From: Amoebophrya sp. A120
Lineage: Eukaryota; Protista; Dinoflagellata
DNA length: 64,000 bases
Direction: 5' to 3'
Assembly: GCA_905178155.1 (NCBI GenBank)
Contig: CAJINV010000005.1
Location: forward strand, 4,713,394 to 4,777,393
Below the pieces are notes generated by a model. That model was given only the letters and a program-made list of their open reading frames with translations. It was not told the DNA's origin and did no database searches. The translations under genes and the position numbers were made by a program. Numbering within the stretch: the first letter of the stretch is position 1; the number at the start of each line of letters is the position of its first letter. Of this stretch, positions 12,151 to 23,900 are shown in pieces.

Positions 12151-14942
12151 TTCTTTGATTGCACTTACTTATGGGTTTGGCAGTGGCAGAAGACAATCTT
12201 CGTGGAAGTATTTTGTACCGTAAAAAAACAAAAAGCGAAAAAGCAAGAATGTCGAAGCACGAAAAAAACGGAGAGTGTACTTGAGAGAGTTGTGGCAGTG
12301 ACTCACTTGGTTTTATTTACGCAAATTTCAATCAAACAAAAATTTCAAAACAAATGGGTCGATAACCTGACTGTAGTACGACTCGATTGGTGGGAAAATA
12401 GATGCAACGATGAGCGTGTGAGCGGAACCCGCTGTTTCTACTTACTGATACGAACACTCAACGTTAGACGTAAAGAATCTGAACGGCTGCAAACGCGGCT
12501 AAAGCAAGGGAAGCTACACCGACCAGAATATGAGAGTTTTATCTTGTGCAACCGAGGCGGAGCGAGACAGACAACACCGATGGAGTTTGCAATGAATAAT
12601 GTTAAACCGAGGTGAACTCCACAACGACGACGCCATGTGCGATCCTATCATTGGCCCTTAAAATAGAAATGGCAAACTTAATCTATCACGTATGTTGGCG
12701 AACCGAACGTCACTTTTGAGGCAAATACGAGACGGAGTCCGAATGTTCACAAACGCGAGCGATGCGCTGGGACCGAATCACATCCGACGACGAAAAGGAT
12801 AGTGCCAAAGGTGGCTGAAAATGAGATAGGACATTTCGTCAGGAAGAAGGGCTTGATGAACCCGGTCCCGGGTCGAACAACGCCAACACTAATGCGAAAT
12901 CGTCAAGGGCTTGGCGAGAACCGTTCCAGTTTCCTTTCCTTTCGAACCGCTCCGCCTGTCTGTCTGACAGGTACCGACCGACGCTTGCTTACCACCCAAC
13001 AGGAGCAGGGCCTGTCCAGTCGAAATCTTTTTGGGCCGCCCGGATGGCACATTCACGCAGGGGAATACACGCTCGCCACGCCGCAAGACCGGCGCCCGGG
13101 GAAGCAATCCGCAGGGCCGCTACTCGGTCCGGAGGATGAAGCGGCAATGAAGCCGGGCGAAGCCTGCCACCCCCGCCCCGTGGGCGTCAAGATCGAGGCA
13201 GCAATGCAGCGGCCCCACCCCGAGCGAAAAGAGCGAGGGCACAAGGCAAAGCGAGAAGCTAACCCTGCAGCCCACCAGGGAGGAGCGCCACGAGGTTGGC
13301 CGGCCGGGGCGCGGGGCGTGGCGGGCGGGGGCGCTACTTGCGTGGCCGGGGCACAACGGGCCGCGCAAGCTACCGGGCGAACCCGAGGCGCCCTTCCAGG
13401 TAGCCCCCGAGCGGGCGGCAGCAATGTCATCCCAAAGAAAGAAGGGGGCGGGCCGGCCCGGTCTGTACGTCAGCGATTTTTGGTCGCGGGCCTCATCCGG
13501 CTCTTACTTCCGGCGCGTGCGCCGGCCGACTGACCACGAGGCGCGCTTTCGCGCCGCCAAATTCACGCACCACGCGCCGCGCTGACGCGCGAGCCGCTGC
13601 CCCCTGGCCTTGGCCACGCCCTCGCCTCGGGGCGCCTGGCGCGCACGAACCGCTGGCGGGCCTGGTCGCTCGGCGTTTCCCACCGGGGCCGGGGCCTTGC
13701 GGCGCCGCGACTTGCGGGGGCGCGAACACTGCACGCCGGCCGGCCGCTGCCGCGCCGCGGCGCAACGGGCGCCCGAATCCTTGGCCCTGAATCGCCTGCG
13801 CTCGAAATTGCAGGCCGCGGGACTACGCCCGACGAACCTAGCAGCCCCCGCACGCTCTTGGGCCTGCGCACCCTATTTCTCAATTGCCTTGCTCACTGTT
13901 CAATGATCTTCGCTCGCTCTGAAAAGGCAAACACGTTCGAACAACAGCTGTCCGCTTCTAAACTTCATCCAGCGATAAATTTTCCTTCACCAGGCATTCT
14001 TCTGAATCTGACTGGTCGCTTGCCGGTAATAGCCAACTGAAAGGAAAAACTTTTGTTGCGTCTTTATCAACAGGTCGCAATTTGTGCACTCTGTATTCCT
14101 GGTGCCACTCATTCATCAAATTCACGATGCTATAATCGAAGTTCTCGGAAACAAAAAAAGTCGAAAAGCTCAAGGGGCCCAGCGGCCGCTACTAGAATCT
14201 ATCTTCTTCATAAACATTAGTTTTAGGGTAAAGCGCCAGAAGTTCTGGAAACAATCAGTGTCAGAACTATCGGCGGAGGAAACAAAGAAAAGCTCTCGCT
14301 AACGATAATAGTGCTCTTGCGTTGTATTATCAGGTACTGAAATAACAGAAAACCAAAACTAGAAAAAGCTCAAGTGTTCGCAGGGAACAGCAGATTTTCG
14401 AAGGAAATCTGCTTTGATCTCTAGAGAAACAGAAACCCATGCCTCGACTGCAACATGGCGGAAAAATTGGTGCTGAAAAGCTACTGTAGAAGAAAGGTAT
14501 AGACAAAGTCAACACCAAAATCGAAGTTCTCAATGGAAAAATTCATAAGTTCTGAAAAAGTTCTCAAGTTTGAGACGAGATGAGGGACTGTGAAACAATA
14601 ACGCAGAAAGCGCGTTGCTGTCAACCAAAATCTTATCAAAGCTATAGGGAAAGAAACAGCGGAGCAGGTAGCTCTTCACGCTTACGCTACCTGTGCTGCT
14701 CACGCATCAAACATTTTCCAAAAGGTTTTTCAACATTGTTAGTGTAGAAGTAGCAGCTTCAAATTCATTATTTTTCAGTCCAGTAGTGGTAGTACTAGAT
14801 GATCTAGATCTGTTGTAATTTTCATTTTCAGTGTTTCTTCTTACTCTTAGTCCTAGGATTTTACTTATTACTTTGACTTTTGTTCATTGAGCTCAAAAAT
14901 TTTCAATGAATCCATTTACCTTACAAACCCTCCGACCCTTCT

Positions 14943-17900
14943 TCAATCGCACTGCTTCGGTAACAAATCCGCAAACGACAGCGACGTGAATTTCAAATTT
15001 CCATTCGCCCCTCCTGCTGCGCTACTACTGCTGCTGCTGCTCCCATTCCCCGCACGACCAGAACCTCCCGCATGATTTCCAACCATCTTCTTCCCGCATT
15101 TCGGGCATTTCGCCTCCGCTTCCCTTCCGACGTAAAACTGGTAAAACTTCCCGCAGTTCTTATTCTCGCACTTGTGCACCCGGGCGGTGTGTTTCACGTA
15201 CACCGTTTCGCCCCGGAGCTGGAACGGGTTGTTGTATCTCGTGCTGGTCGGTGTTAAGCAAGAAGTTAAAGGGTTATTTTGCTGACCATTACTCGTCGGA
15301 AAGATCCCAATCGCGGAGTTCAGCTTCTGGTTCACTTTCTGCACCACGTTGGAGAAGAATTGGGAAACGGAACTTTCCGTAGAAGTGGCAGAAGAGGAAA
15401 CAGCGGAGGTGTTCAAAATGTGGCTTTCTTGGTCGAGTCCGGAGGCATCATTGTTGCGGTTCTCACTGTCAAACACATGATCCGCTTCCCCGGTCCGAAT
15501 CAGATTCAGATCTCTCTCCGGCGTGAAACAACCTATCGAGCTGCTGTCACTAGAGGACGTGGAAATGTCAATCACACTGTTCACCACAGCGGTGGGCGCA
15601 AAAGACGTGCTGCTACGCTTCACGTGAATTGGCAATGTGTGCTTCACGAATCGTTTTACTTCACGTCGGGATTTGCGATCAGGGTCAGCACGACGAGATG
15701 AAGCAGCGGCCGGTTGATGAACATCTTCAGCTTCTTGGTTTCCTTCATACAGCTTCGATTGCTCGGATTGCTCCACTGGTTTGTTTTCAAAAACGACTTG
15801 TTCATCCGAAGAGTTGTGACTGCTGCCCACCTTGTCTGCTTTGTCATCTTTCTCCGGCGAACTGAGGCGTAAGAACGCGGTGTCCACCACCTGATCCTCA
15901 TCGTCTTCGTTATCAAATGCAAAAATGTCTGGGTCCTCTGGAAACTTCTTGTGATGCGAGTTTGTAAATGGTGGGCGCATTGCAATACGCAGACGCGCAT
16001 GACAAGTTTTCGAGCTGCTCCTGTGTGTTTCGCTTTCCACATGACAAACTGCATACTTGCATGACAGTCAGAAGAGAGCGTTTTTATTTTTTCCTGCTCA
16101 TGCATTACAGATTTAAGAGTCATGTGAGACAAGCATGACAAACTTTCATTCTTCCAGACCCAGACATATTTGCAACGCATATTCGTCAATCGGCTCCAAC
16201 GCCTCTCCCTTAGCAACAGACGTGTTCGAACACATCGAAATCTGTTCCTGCAGCTTCATTGTCATTCCCATTTCCGCATGACAACTACTACTCTCCCCGA
16301 CTGCAGCTCCCATATCAACCGCGTGCTCAACACCGATCAACCGTGGCGAGTACTGCGGCAGGACCGGGGAGATGGTGAGAGCCGAAATCCCGCCGAAGTT
16401 TGTCATGTAGTTGTCTACTTCCATAGTTGCAACAGGTGGCGGCTGCAGCTTCTTTTCCGCCCCAGATTTCAACATGGAATCTTCCTTCTTGATGTTCGCA
16501 TCATCTTGCTGTAGTTGTTCTCCTAGTTGCTGCTCTTCCGACTCCGCATTATGAACTGCAGAAGTATCGCACTCGTATAAATCGCATGACAAATTAGCTC
16601 AGCATGACAAATGAAATTTGTCATGCTGTTTTACCTTGGGATGAAGATTTGTAAATGCATGACTGCGATTACTACGAGTACGATACTTTTGCACAGGATA
16701 CGCATCGGACAGGGACAACGGGCTCAAATTTCCCTCAATAAACTTCGAGGAAGAATTCAGAATCCGGGAACAGTTCTGCTCCAACATCGCGGAATTGAGG
16801 AAGACAGATCCCGATCCGTAGTTGCTTTCATAATTTTTTTCTTCCTTGTTCATCATCACCGTCTCTTCCTGCACCTTCGCAGCGGCTGCCGCGACTTGCA
16901 ATCCCGAGTCGTCCTTATTGTAATCCACTAGTAAAGACGAAGATTTCTCGTTATTTTCCTCCTCTTCCTATGGAGAGAAAAAAGTTTGTCACAGTCATTA
17001 AGTTGCAGGCTTTGCATTACAAATTTTTTTTGCATCACAACTTCTCCTTGTATTGCAGAAACACGACTAGGGAAATTCCTTATGAGTTGTGGCTGTGATG
17101 CATTTTTACGCATGACAGACAGTTTTGTCTTGCAAAAATGCCCATGAGTGATCGTGACGAACTTCTTTCTTTTGATACTTCCTCCGGATAGTGCAGTAAC
17201 GGCGACTCCCCCAATTTCGACAAATTGAATTTCCCCCCGCCCAAATCAGACCCGCTGGAGTAACCATCTTCATCGTCCACCCCACTTTGATTCAACATAG
17301 ATTCATCCACCGGGCGGGTGGCAGTGGTCGGGAGCTTGGAAACACCGGTGCCGGTGGTTTCATCTGCCGGCTTCGACGCTGCAAGAGCGGTTGCTTTCAA
17401 CTCACCCATGACGCCGCCAGTGAAGGCAATCTGCTTCTTCCCGACACTTCCCTTCGAACCGCTGACTACACCTGCGCGCAATCGTTGTCCCGCAACCGTC
17501 TGCCGCATCATCACGTCGTCATCCGGAGACGCAGCACCAAAGTCTTCTGCAAGAAGTGCTAGTGGTGCTGATGAAGCCGTGTCTGGTTTTTGCTGGGACG
17601 ACGCAACTAAGATCTGTTCTTCGGATATGACTTGTTCAACGTACCCAAGCGATATCGTACCCAAAAATTTTTCAAAAAGGAATAACTACCCATACAGTAT
17701 ACTAATAAACTAGCTAGTTACTTTCGCTAGAAAGATAATGTAGCTAGTTAAGCTCTATATAGTTGAAGCATCCACCGCTGGAGAGTACGACCCAGTCGCT
17801 CTACGGCTTCGCCTCGGGACATAACGTATGGGCAACAACTGACGCGCCGGGATTTTTTCGGCAACATTCGTCGCCTGCCCGGGATATGTTCGAACCATGA

Positions 17901-20900
17901 AAGAAGACCAGCACAGCGAGAAGCTCGGGCAGGCGGCTTTTCCAGCGCTTGCAGGGGCCCGGCTGCAAGCTTCTACGCCTCCGGCCAACCAGCCGCGCGA
18001 CCATCCCTCTCCCCCAATGGCACAACGGGCGCCGGCTATGCACACATCAGGGGGGGCGGGGATGCCCCGCTACGATCCCCTGCCAAAGGCACTCGTGGGC
18101 GCTTTCCTTTTTAGCGCAATCCCGGCGTTGTGGTCAGTTTTTCACTCCCCGCTACAGGGGGATGTCCAGGGGGGTAGGTGATCCCCCTCCTGCCAAGGAA
18201 GGCCGCAAGCTGCCAGACGAGAGACGGATATGCAGTGGGGCTATCCTGTGGCAGTGCCCCTGCAGGAAATCAGAACACGCACAAGAATGGGCAGCGGCGG
18301 CCCAAAAGCCTGCGCGCGCTAGATGAGGGCGCGAAGCATTTCCACGCCCTTCGGCTTTTGAATTATACACGGCCCCGCCCGCCGGTAAGGCTACGAAATT
18401 GCTACGGTTTGACAAGCGTCCCCGGCTCCGATTCGAGGCGAAGCCGTAGAGCGACTGGGTCGTACTCTCCGGCGGTGGATGCTTATTATAGCTGCATTAA
18501 CTACATATGCCTTAAGTAACTACCTTAACAAAATAGTTAGCTTCTGCACTAGATAGTTTGAGTTTTTATACTAAAAAAATTTTTTTTGGGTACGATATCG
18601 TTTGGGTACGTTGAACAAGTCATATCGGACGAGGTGGAGTTATGCTCCTGCACAATCGACTTCGATAGGGTTGAATTGGGGTTAAACGAGCTGTTGAAGA
18701 TTGTTCCCTTGTTGAGCCTTGATTTGCTCTCGTCGTCGCACGAAGACAAAAAATCGCCGGAAATGTTGTCTTGATTTTCCTTTTTGCTAGAAGAGGAGTA
18801 GCAGAGATCTTCGGCACTGTTGGCGGAAGAGAGCAGGTGGTTCGGGGGAGAGGCGTAGTTGACTAGGGTGGCCTGAAGATCGATTATGTTATCCTCTTTC
18901 AAGTACGGGTCTCGGAGGGGAGTGAACTTCTTTGCGACGTTTTCTACCTTGGAATCCAGCGTATTGTCATCTTTCACGACATCTTCTGGTAAAACTTCCT
19001 CGTTTTGGTTGACAAAATTCAAGATCTCTTCACCACTGCCCCGCCGCTTTTCCTGCTTCATTTTCATCAACATTTCCGCAGCTTTGTCCTGCACCAAACT
19101 GAGCGCCAGGTTGCTCTGCGAAATAGGGAAGCCGTACGCGGTTTGGAAAGATTGAAAGCGCTCAAAGCTGCTGTTGTTCTTGACCAGTTTCTGCTGTTTG
19201 TTCAACTCAGTGAGGGTCAAGTTGTTGCTTTGGTGATTTTCTTTCTTCTCAACGGTTTTCTCTTGTTCCTGTCTCCGCGTCTCGTTCTCAAATGTTGCTG
19301 CAAGAGCATGACCAGCACCTTGACCGGTAAGCGGCCCGGTGAATTTCCTCTCAACAGCTTCGTCGTCCGCTACGAGAAAATCACCCCGGAAAACCGTGGA
19401 CCGCTTCTTATTCTTATTTCCCGTCAAACCATTAACATTCTCGCTGAAGAGATTCCCAGTATCCAAAGCGTTCAAAAACGAGTCGTGCAAGTTGTCACCC
19501 TCCAACAAATCGCACCGGAACGCGGACTTCATCGCCTTGGCGGTTTTGATCACGGAACTCAAGCGGCCGCTATTCACATCCGGAAACAAACCAAGCGTGC
19601 TAGAACAGTCCTCCGAAGCAGCTTTCTCCTCTTCAAACAACTCGCCTTCCGTATGCGCATCGGGATTCGTTTCTTCCTCATCCGCTTCTGCTTCCTCGAG
19701 GAACAACTGGCTGCTCTTCTCATCTACATTCACGGCTCCGTAGTTGTCTTGCTGTTGAAAGGAGAACTCCTTCTCGGAACAGAACTCCAAGATGTTGCTT
19801 TCGTCGTTCAGTGCACCAAGTTGCGAAAAACCGACTGCATATCCAGTGCAAATATGTCTGGGTGTGGAAGGTTGCATCAAAGACAAAGTTATCACACTGC
19901 ATGAAAATCATGCAAGTAAGCAAGTCCGCGCTGCATCGAGCAGGCATGTGCCAAATGATTACCGAACAGCCGCCCCCTTTGTTTTGCAAGGATTCTCGGG
20001 AAAAAAGGACGGCACGAAAATCATCGGGCGCGGGTCTGGAGGTAGCTGAAGCCCAGGAGCCTGCGCCACAATCGCGAGAATCTGCCAAGGCTCGCCCCCT
20101 TCCCTCTGGAAGAAGCTGCCCGCGCCAAGCTGAAAGACGCAACCCGGAGGGAGAATTTTTGCGAACTTTCGCGCGACACCAAAACCATCAGAGGCGGTTT
20201 TGGACGTGGCTGAAACTCAGAAGTCTGCGCCAAAATCGCGAGAATCTGCCAAGTTTCGCCCCCCTCCCTCTAGAAGAAGCTGCGCCAAGCTGAAAGGCGC
20301 AACCCGGAAAGCAAATTTGTGCGATTTTTTGCGCGGCACGAAAATCATCAGCGGCGCTTTTCGACGTGGCTGAAGCCCAGAAGTCTGCGCCAAAATCGCG
20401 AGAATCTGCCAAGTTTCGCCCCCCCCCCTCTAGAAGAATCTTTCTGCGCCAAGCTGAAAGGCGCAACCCGGAAAGCAAATTTGTGCGAATTTTTGCGCGG
20501 CACGAAAATCATCAGAGGCGGTTTTGGACGTGGCTGAAGCTCAGAAGTCTGCGCCAAAATCGCGAGAATCTGCCAAGTTTCGCCCCCCTCCCTCTAGAAG
20601 AAGCTGCGCCAAGCTGAAAGGCGCAACCCGGAAAATGAATTTGCGCGAATTTTTGCGCGGCACGAAAATCATCAGAGGCGGTTTTGGACGTGGCTGAAGC
20701 TCAGAAGTCTGCGCCAAAATCGCGAGAATCTGTCAAGTTTCGCCCCCCTCCCTCTAGAAGAAGCTGCGCCAAGCTGAAAGGCGCAACCCGGAAAATGAAT
20801 TTGCGCGAATTTTTGCGCGGCACGAAAATCATCAGAGGCGGTTTTGGACGTGGCTGAAGCTCAGAAGTCTGCGCCAAAATCGCGAGAATCTGTCAAGTTT

Positions 20901-23900
20901 CGCCCCCCTCCCTCTAGAAGAAGCTGCGCCAAGCTGAAAGGCGCAACCCGGAAAATGAATTTGCGCGAATTTTTGCGCGGCACGAAAATCATCAGAGGCG
21001 GTTTTGGACGTGGCTGAAGCTCAGAAGTCTGCGCCAAAATCGCGAGAATCTGTCAAGTTTCGCCCCCCTCCCTCTAGAAGAAGCTGCGCCAAGCTGAAAG
21101 GCGCAACCCGGAAAATGAATTTGCGCGAATTTTTGCGCGGCACGAAAATCATCAGAGGCGGTTTTGGACGTGGCTGAAGCTCAGAAGTCTGCGCCAAAAT
21201 CGCGAGAATCTGTCAAGTTTCGCCCCCCTCCCTCTAGAAGAAGCTGCGCCAAGCTGAAAGGCGCAACCCGGAAAATGAATTTGCGCGAATTTTTGCGCGG
21301 CACGAAAATCATCAGAGGCGGTTTTGGACGTGGCTGAAGCTCAGAAGTCTGCGCCAAAATCGCGAGAATCTGTCAAGTTTCGCCCCCCTCCCTCTAGAAG
21401 AAGCTGCGCCAAGCTGAAAGGCGCAACCCGGAAAATGAATTTGCGCGAATTTTTGCGCGGCACGAAAATCATCAGAGGCGGTTTTGGACGTGGCTGAAGC
21501 TCAGAAGTCTGCGCCAAAATCGCGAGAATCTGTCAAGTTTCGCCCCCCTCCCTCTAGAAGAAGCTGCGCCAAGCTGAAAGGCGCAACCCGGAAAATGAAT
21601 TTGCGCGAATTTTTGCGCGGCACGAAAATCATCAGAGGCGGTTTTGGACGTGGCTGAAGCTCAGAAGTCTGCGCCAAAATCGCGAGAATCTGTCAAGTTT
21701 CGCCCCCCTCCCTCTAGAAGAAGCTGCGCCAAGCTGAAAGGCGCAACCCGGAAAATGAATTTGCGCGAATTTTTGCGCGGCACGAAAATCATCAGAGGCG
21801 GTTTTGGACGTGGCTGAAGCTCAGAAGTCTGCGCCAAAATCGCGAGAATCTGTCAAGTTTCGCCCCCCTCCGTCTAGAAGAAGCTGCGCCAAGCTGAAAG
21901 GCGCAACCCGGAAAGCAAATTTGTGCGAATTTTTGCGCGGCACGAAAATCATCAGAGGCGGTTTTGGACGTGGCTGAAACTCAGAAGTCTGCGCCAAAAT
22001 CGCGAGAATCTGTCAAGTTTCGCCCTCCTCCCTCTAGAAGAAGCTGCGCCAAGCTGGAAGGCGCAACCCGGAAAGCAAACTCTTGCGAACTTTTGCGCGG
22101 CACGCGCGTCATCTATCGGAGGCGGTTTTGGACGTGGCTGAAGCTCAGAAGTCTGCGCCAAAATCGCGAGAATCTGGCAAGTTTCGCCCCCCTCCCTCTA
22201 GAAGAAGCTGCGCCAAGCTGAAAGGCGCAACCCGGAAGGCAAATTTTTGCGAACTTTCGCGCGGCGCGAAAATTATGGGCGGCGTTTTTGGAGGTGGCTG
22301 AAGCTCAGGAGTCTGCGCCAAAATCGCGAGAATCTGCCAAGTCTGCGCTGCTCCTTTACCGACTTCTTGAAGAAGTTGAGAAGAATTCCTTATGCAGGAT
22401 AGGCATGACAGAGATCCCACAAAATTTGTCATGCTAGGCGCTGCAGTCCAGACCTCATGTCATGGGTCACGAAAAACCTAGATGACAAACCCTGCACTCT
22501 TCCCGACCCAGACATATTTGCTTTCGATACGGCAAGAGCATTCGCGATTTCACCTATGTCGGAGGAAGCGTTCGAAATTGCGTCGAACTGGTGTTCTTCT
22601 TCATCTCCTTCTCCTTCTCCCAACGTGGCGGCCAACATTACGCTCTTCCACCCTGCAAACGCCTTACCCACAGTACCTCCTCGCAATAGGAGTAAAGAAA
22701 CCTTGAACAACTCCGCCCGACGTAATCTCTCCTCGGACAGCGACGCCGGCCTTGTTGCAGCCTTCAGCTGATGACAATGCACTGGACTTCTTGCCAAGCC
22801 TTGTAGTTTTTGCTCCATTTGCAACATCCGCTGTTCCCGGCGTTTCTGCTGTTCCCGATGGTAAGCAGCGAATGAATTCTCGTCATTATCTCCGCTTCCC
22901 GGCGATTCAGTCGCAGCAACTAGCTCGGTCCTCCGGTCGAGCGCGAATCCTTTGATCGTATCTGCAGTGGTGTCATTATCCGTGTGGGAATGAGCTTCTT
23001 CCTCGGTTTTGTGGGACAAAGTCAAGGCTTTTTCCGGCACCGGCCTTCGGTGAAGAGAAGTTGGAGGGTTCAACATTCGCGTGCTGCCCGTTTGTTCATC
23101 ACCAACTGTAGCAGATTTGCCTCCGGGTACAACCTGCTTTATCAGGTCGCGGACAGAGGAGATCATCGGTCGTGCGGAGAAAGAGAGAGACGCGTTGGCT
23201 CCTTCCCCTTGCAGAGGACCTCCATCGTGATGTCCATCTTCGGTATTGAGAGTTCCTCGCGAGGGGTCCTCGTTGAGCGTACGCGAGATCGAGACGCCGC
23301 TCTCGGCCTGATATCAGTGTGAAGATTTTTTCAGGATTTTGGTATACAAACTCTGTCATTCCAGATAAGCAAAAGATCGAAGCTTTGTCATGCTGAATAA
23401 CGATAAAAAGGTTCTATGTATCTGTACCTCCGCCTGCAACTGTTTCTTCAACTCCATGACCGTGAAATTCTCCTCCAACATCTTCAGCGCCATGCTCTGC
23501 TGGCGCTGCTGCCGTTCCTGCATCAGAAACTGACTTTCCGATTGCTCGTTCCGGATCTTCACAAAGTCCCGCTTTATTTCCATCTCCTCTTCCATATCGA
23601 ACCGCCTTGCTTTCTTTTTCCCCGCAGACCCCGGCGGGGTGCTGATGGTGAAGTGTTCCACCGGACTCGAGCTGTTTGGAATGTTGTCCACTGCAGAAGC
23701 AAACACTGGCGTTGCTGGGGAAAATGCGCCCGTCTTTTCCAGATCCCGCTTCACATTGATCCTTTCGACCTTGTTGATCCTCATCTTCTCTAAATCGTGC
23801 CCAACAGTCTGAAGCCGCTCCTTGATCGTAGATGGCGGATCTTCGCTGTGGGAAGAAGTTGTGCTGTTGTTCAAGTAAGGTTCAGTTCGAGAAGTTATTC

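Noticed and set aside
19005-19904. Long plus-strand ORFs (299 aa here; also 9234-9995, 12802-13533, 30816-31640, 56051-56998)
   Set aside because: Antisense shadows of minus-strand exons or GC-rich stop-poor DNA, with no recognisable motifs
20010-22345. Possible CRISPR array (also 4087-6518 and 46510-48784)
   Set aside because: Whole units repeat with no unique spacers, no cas genes, and the context is eukaryotic
19835-22530. Canonical GT-AG reading of the large intron
   Set aside because: Joining GCC to TCGGTT shifts frame and reaches TGA within about 9 codons
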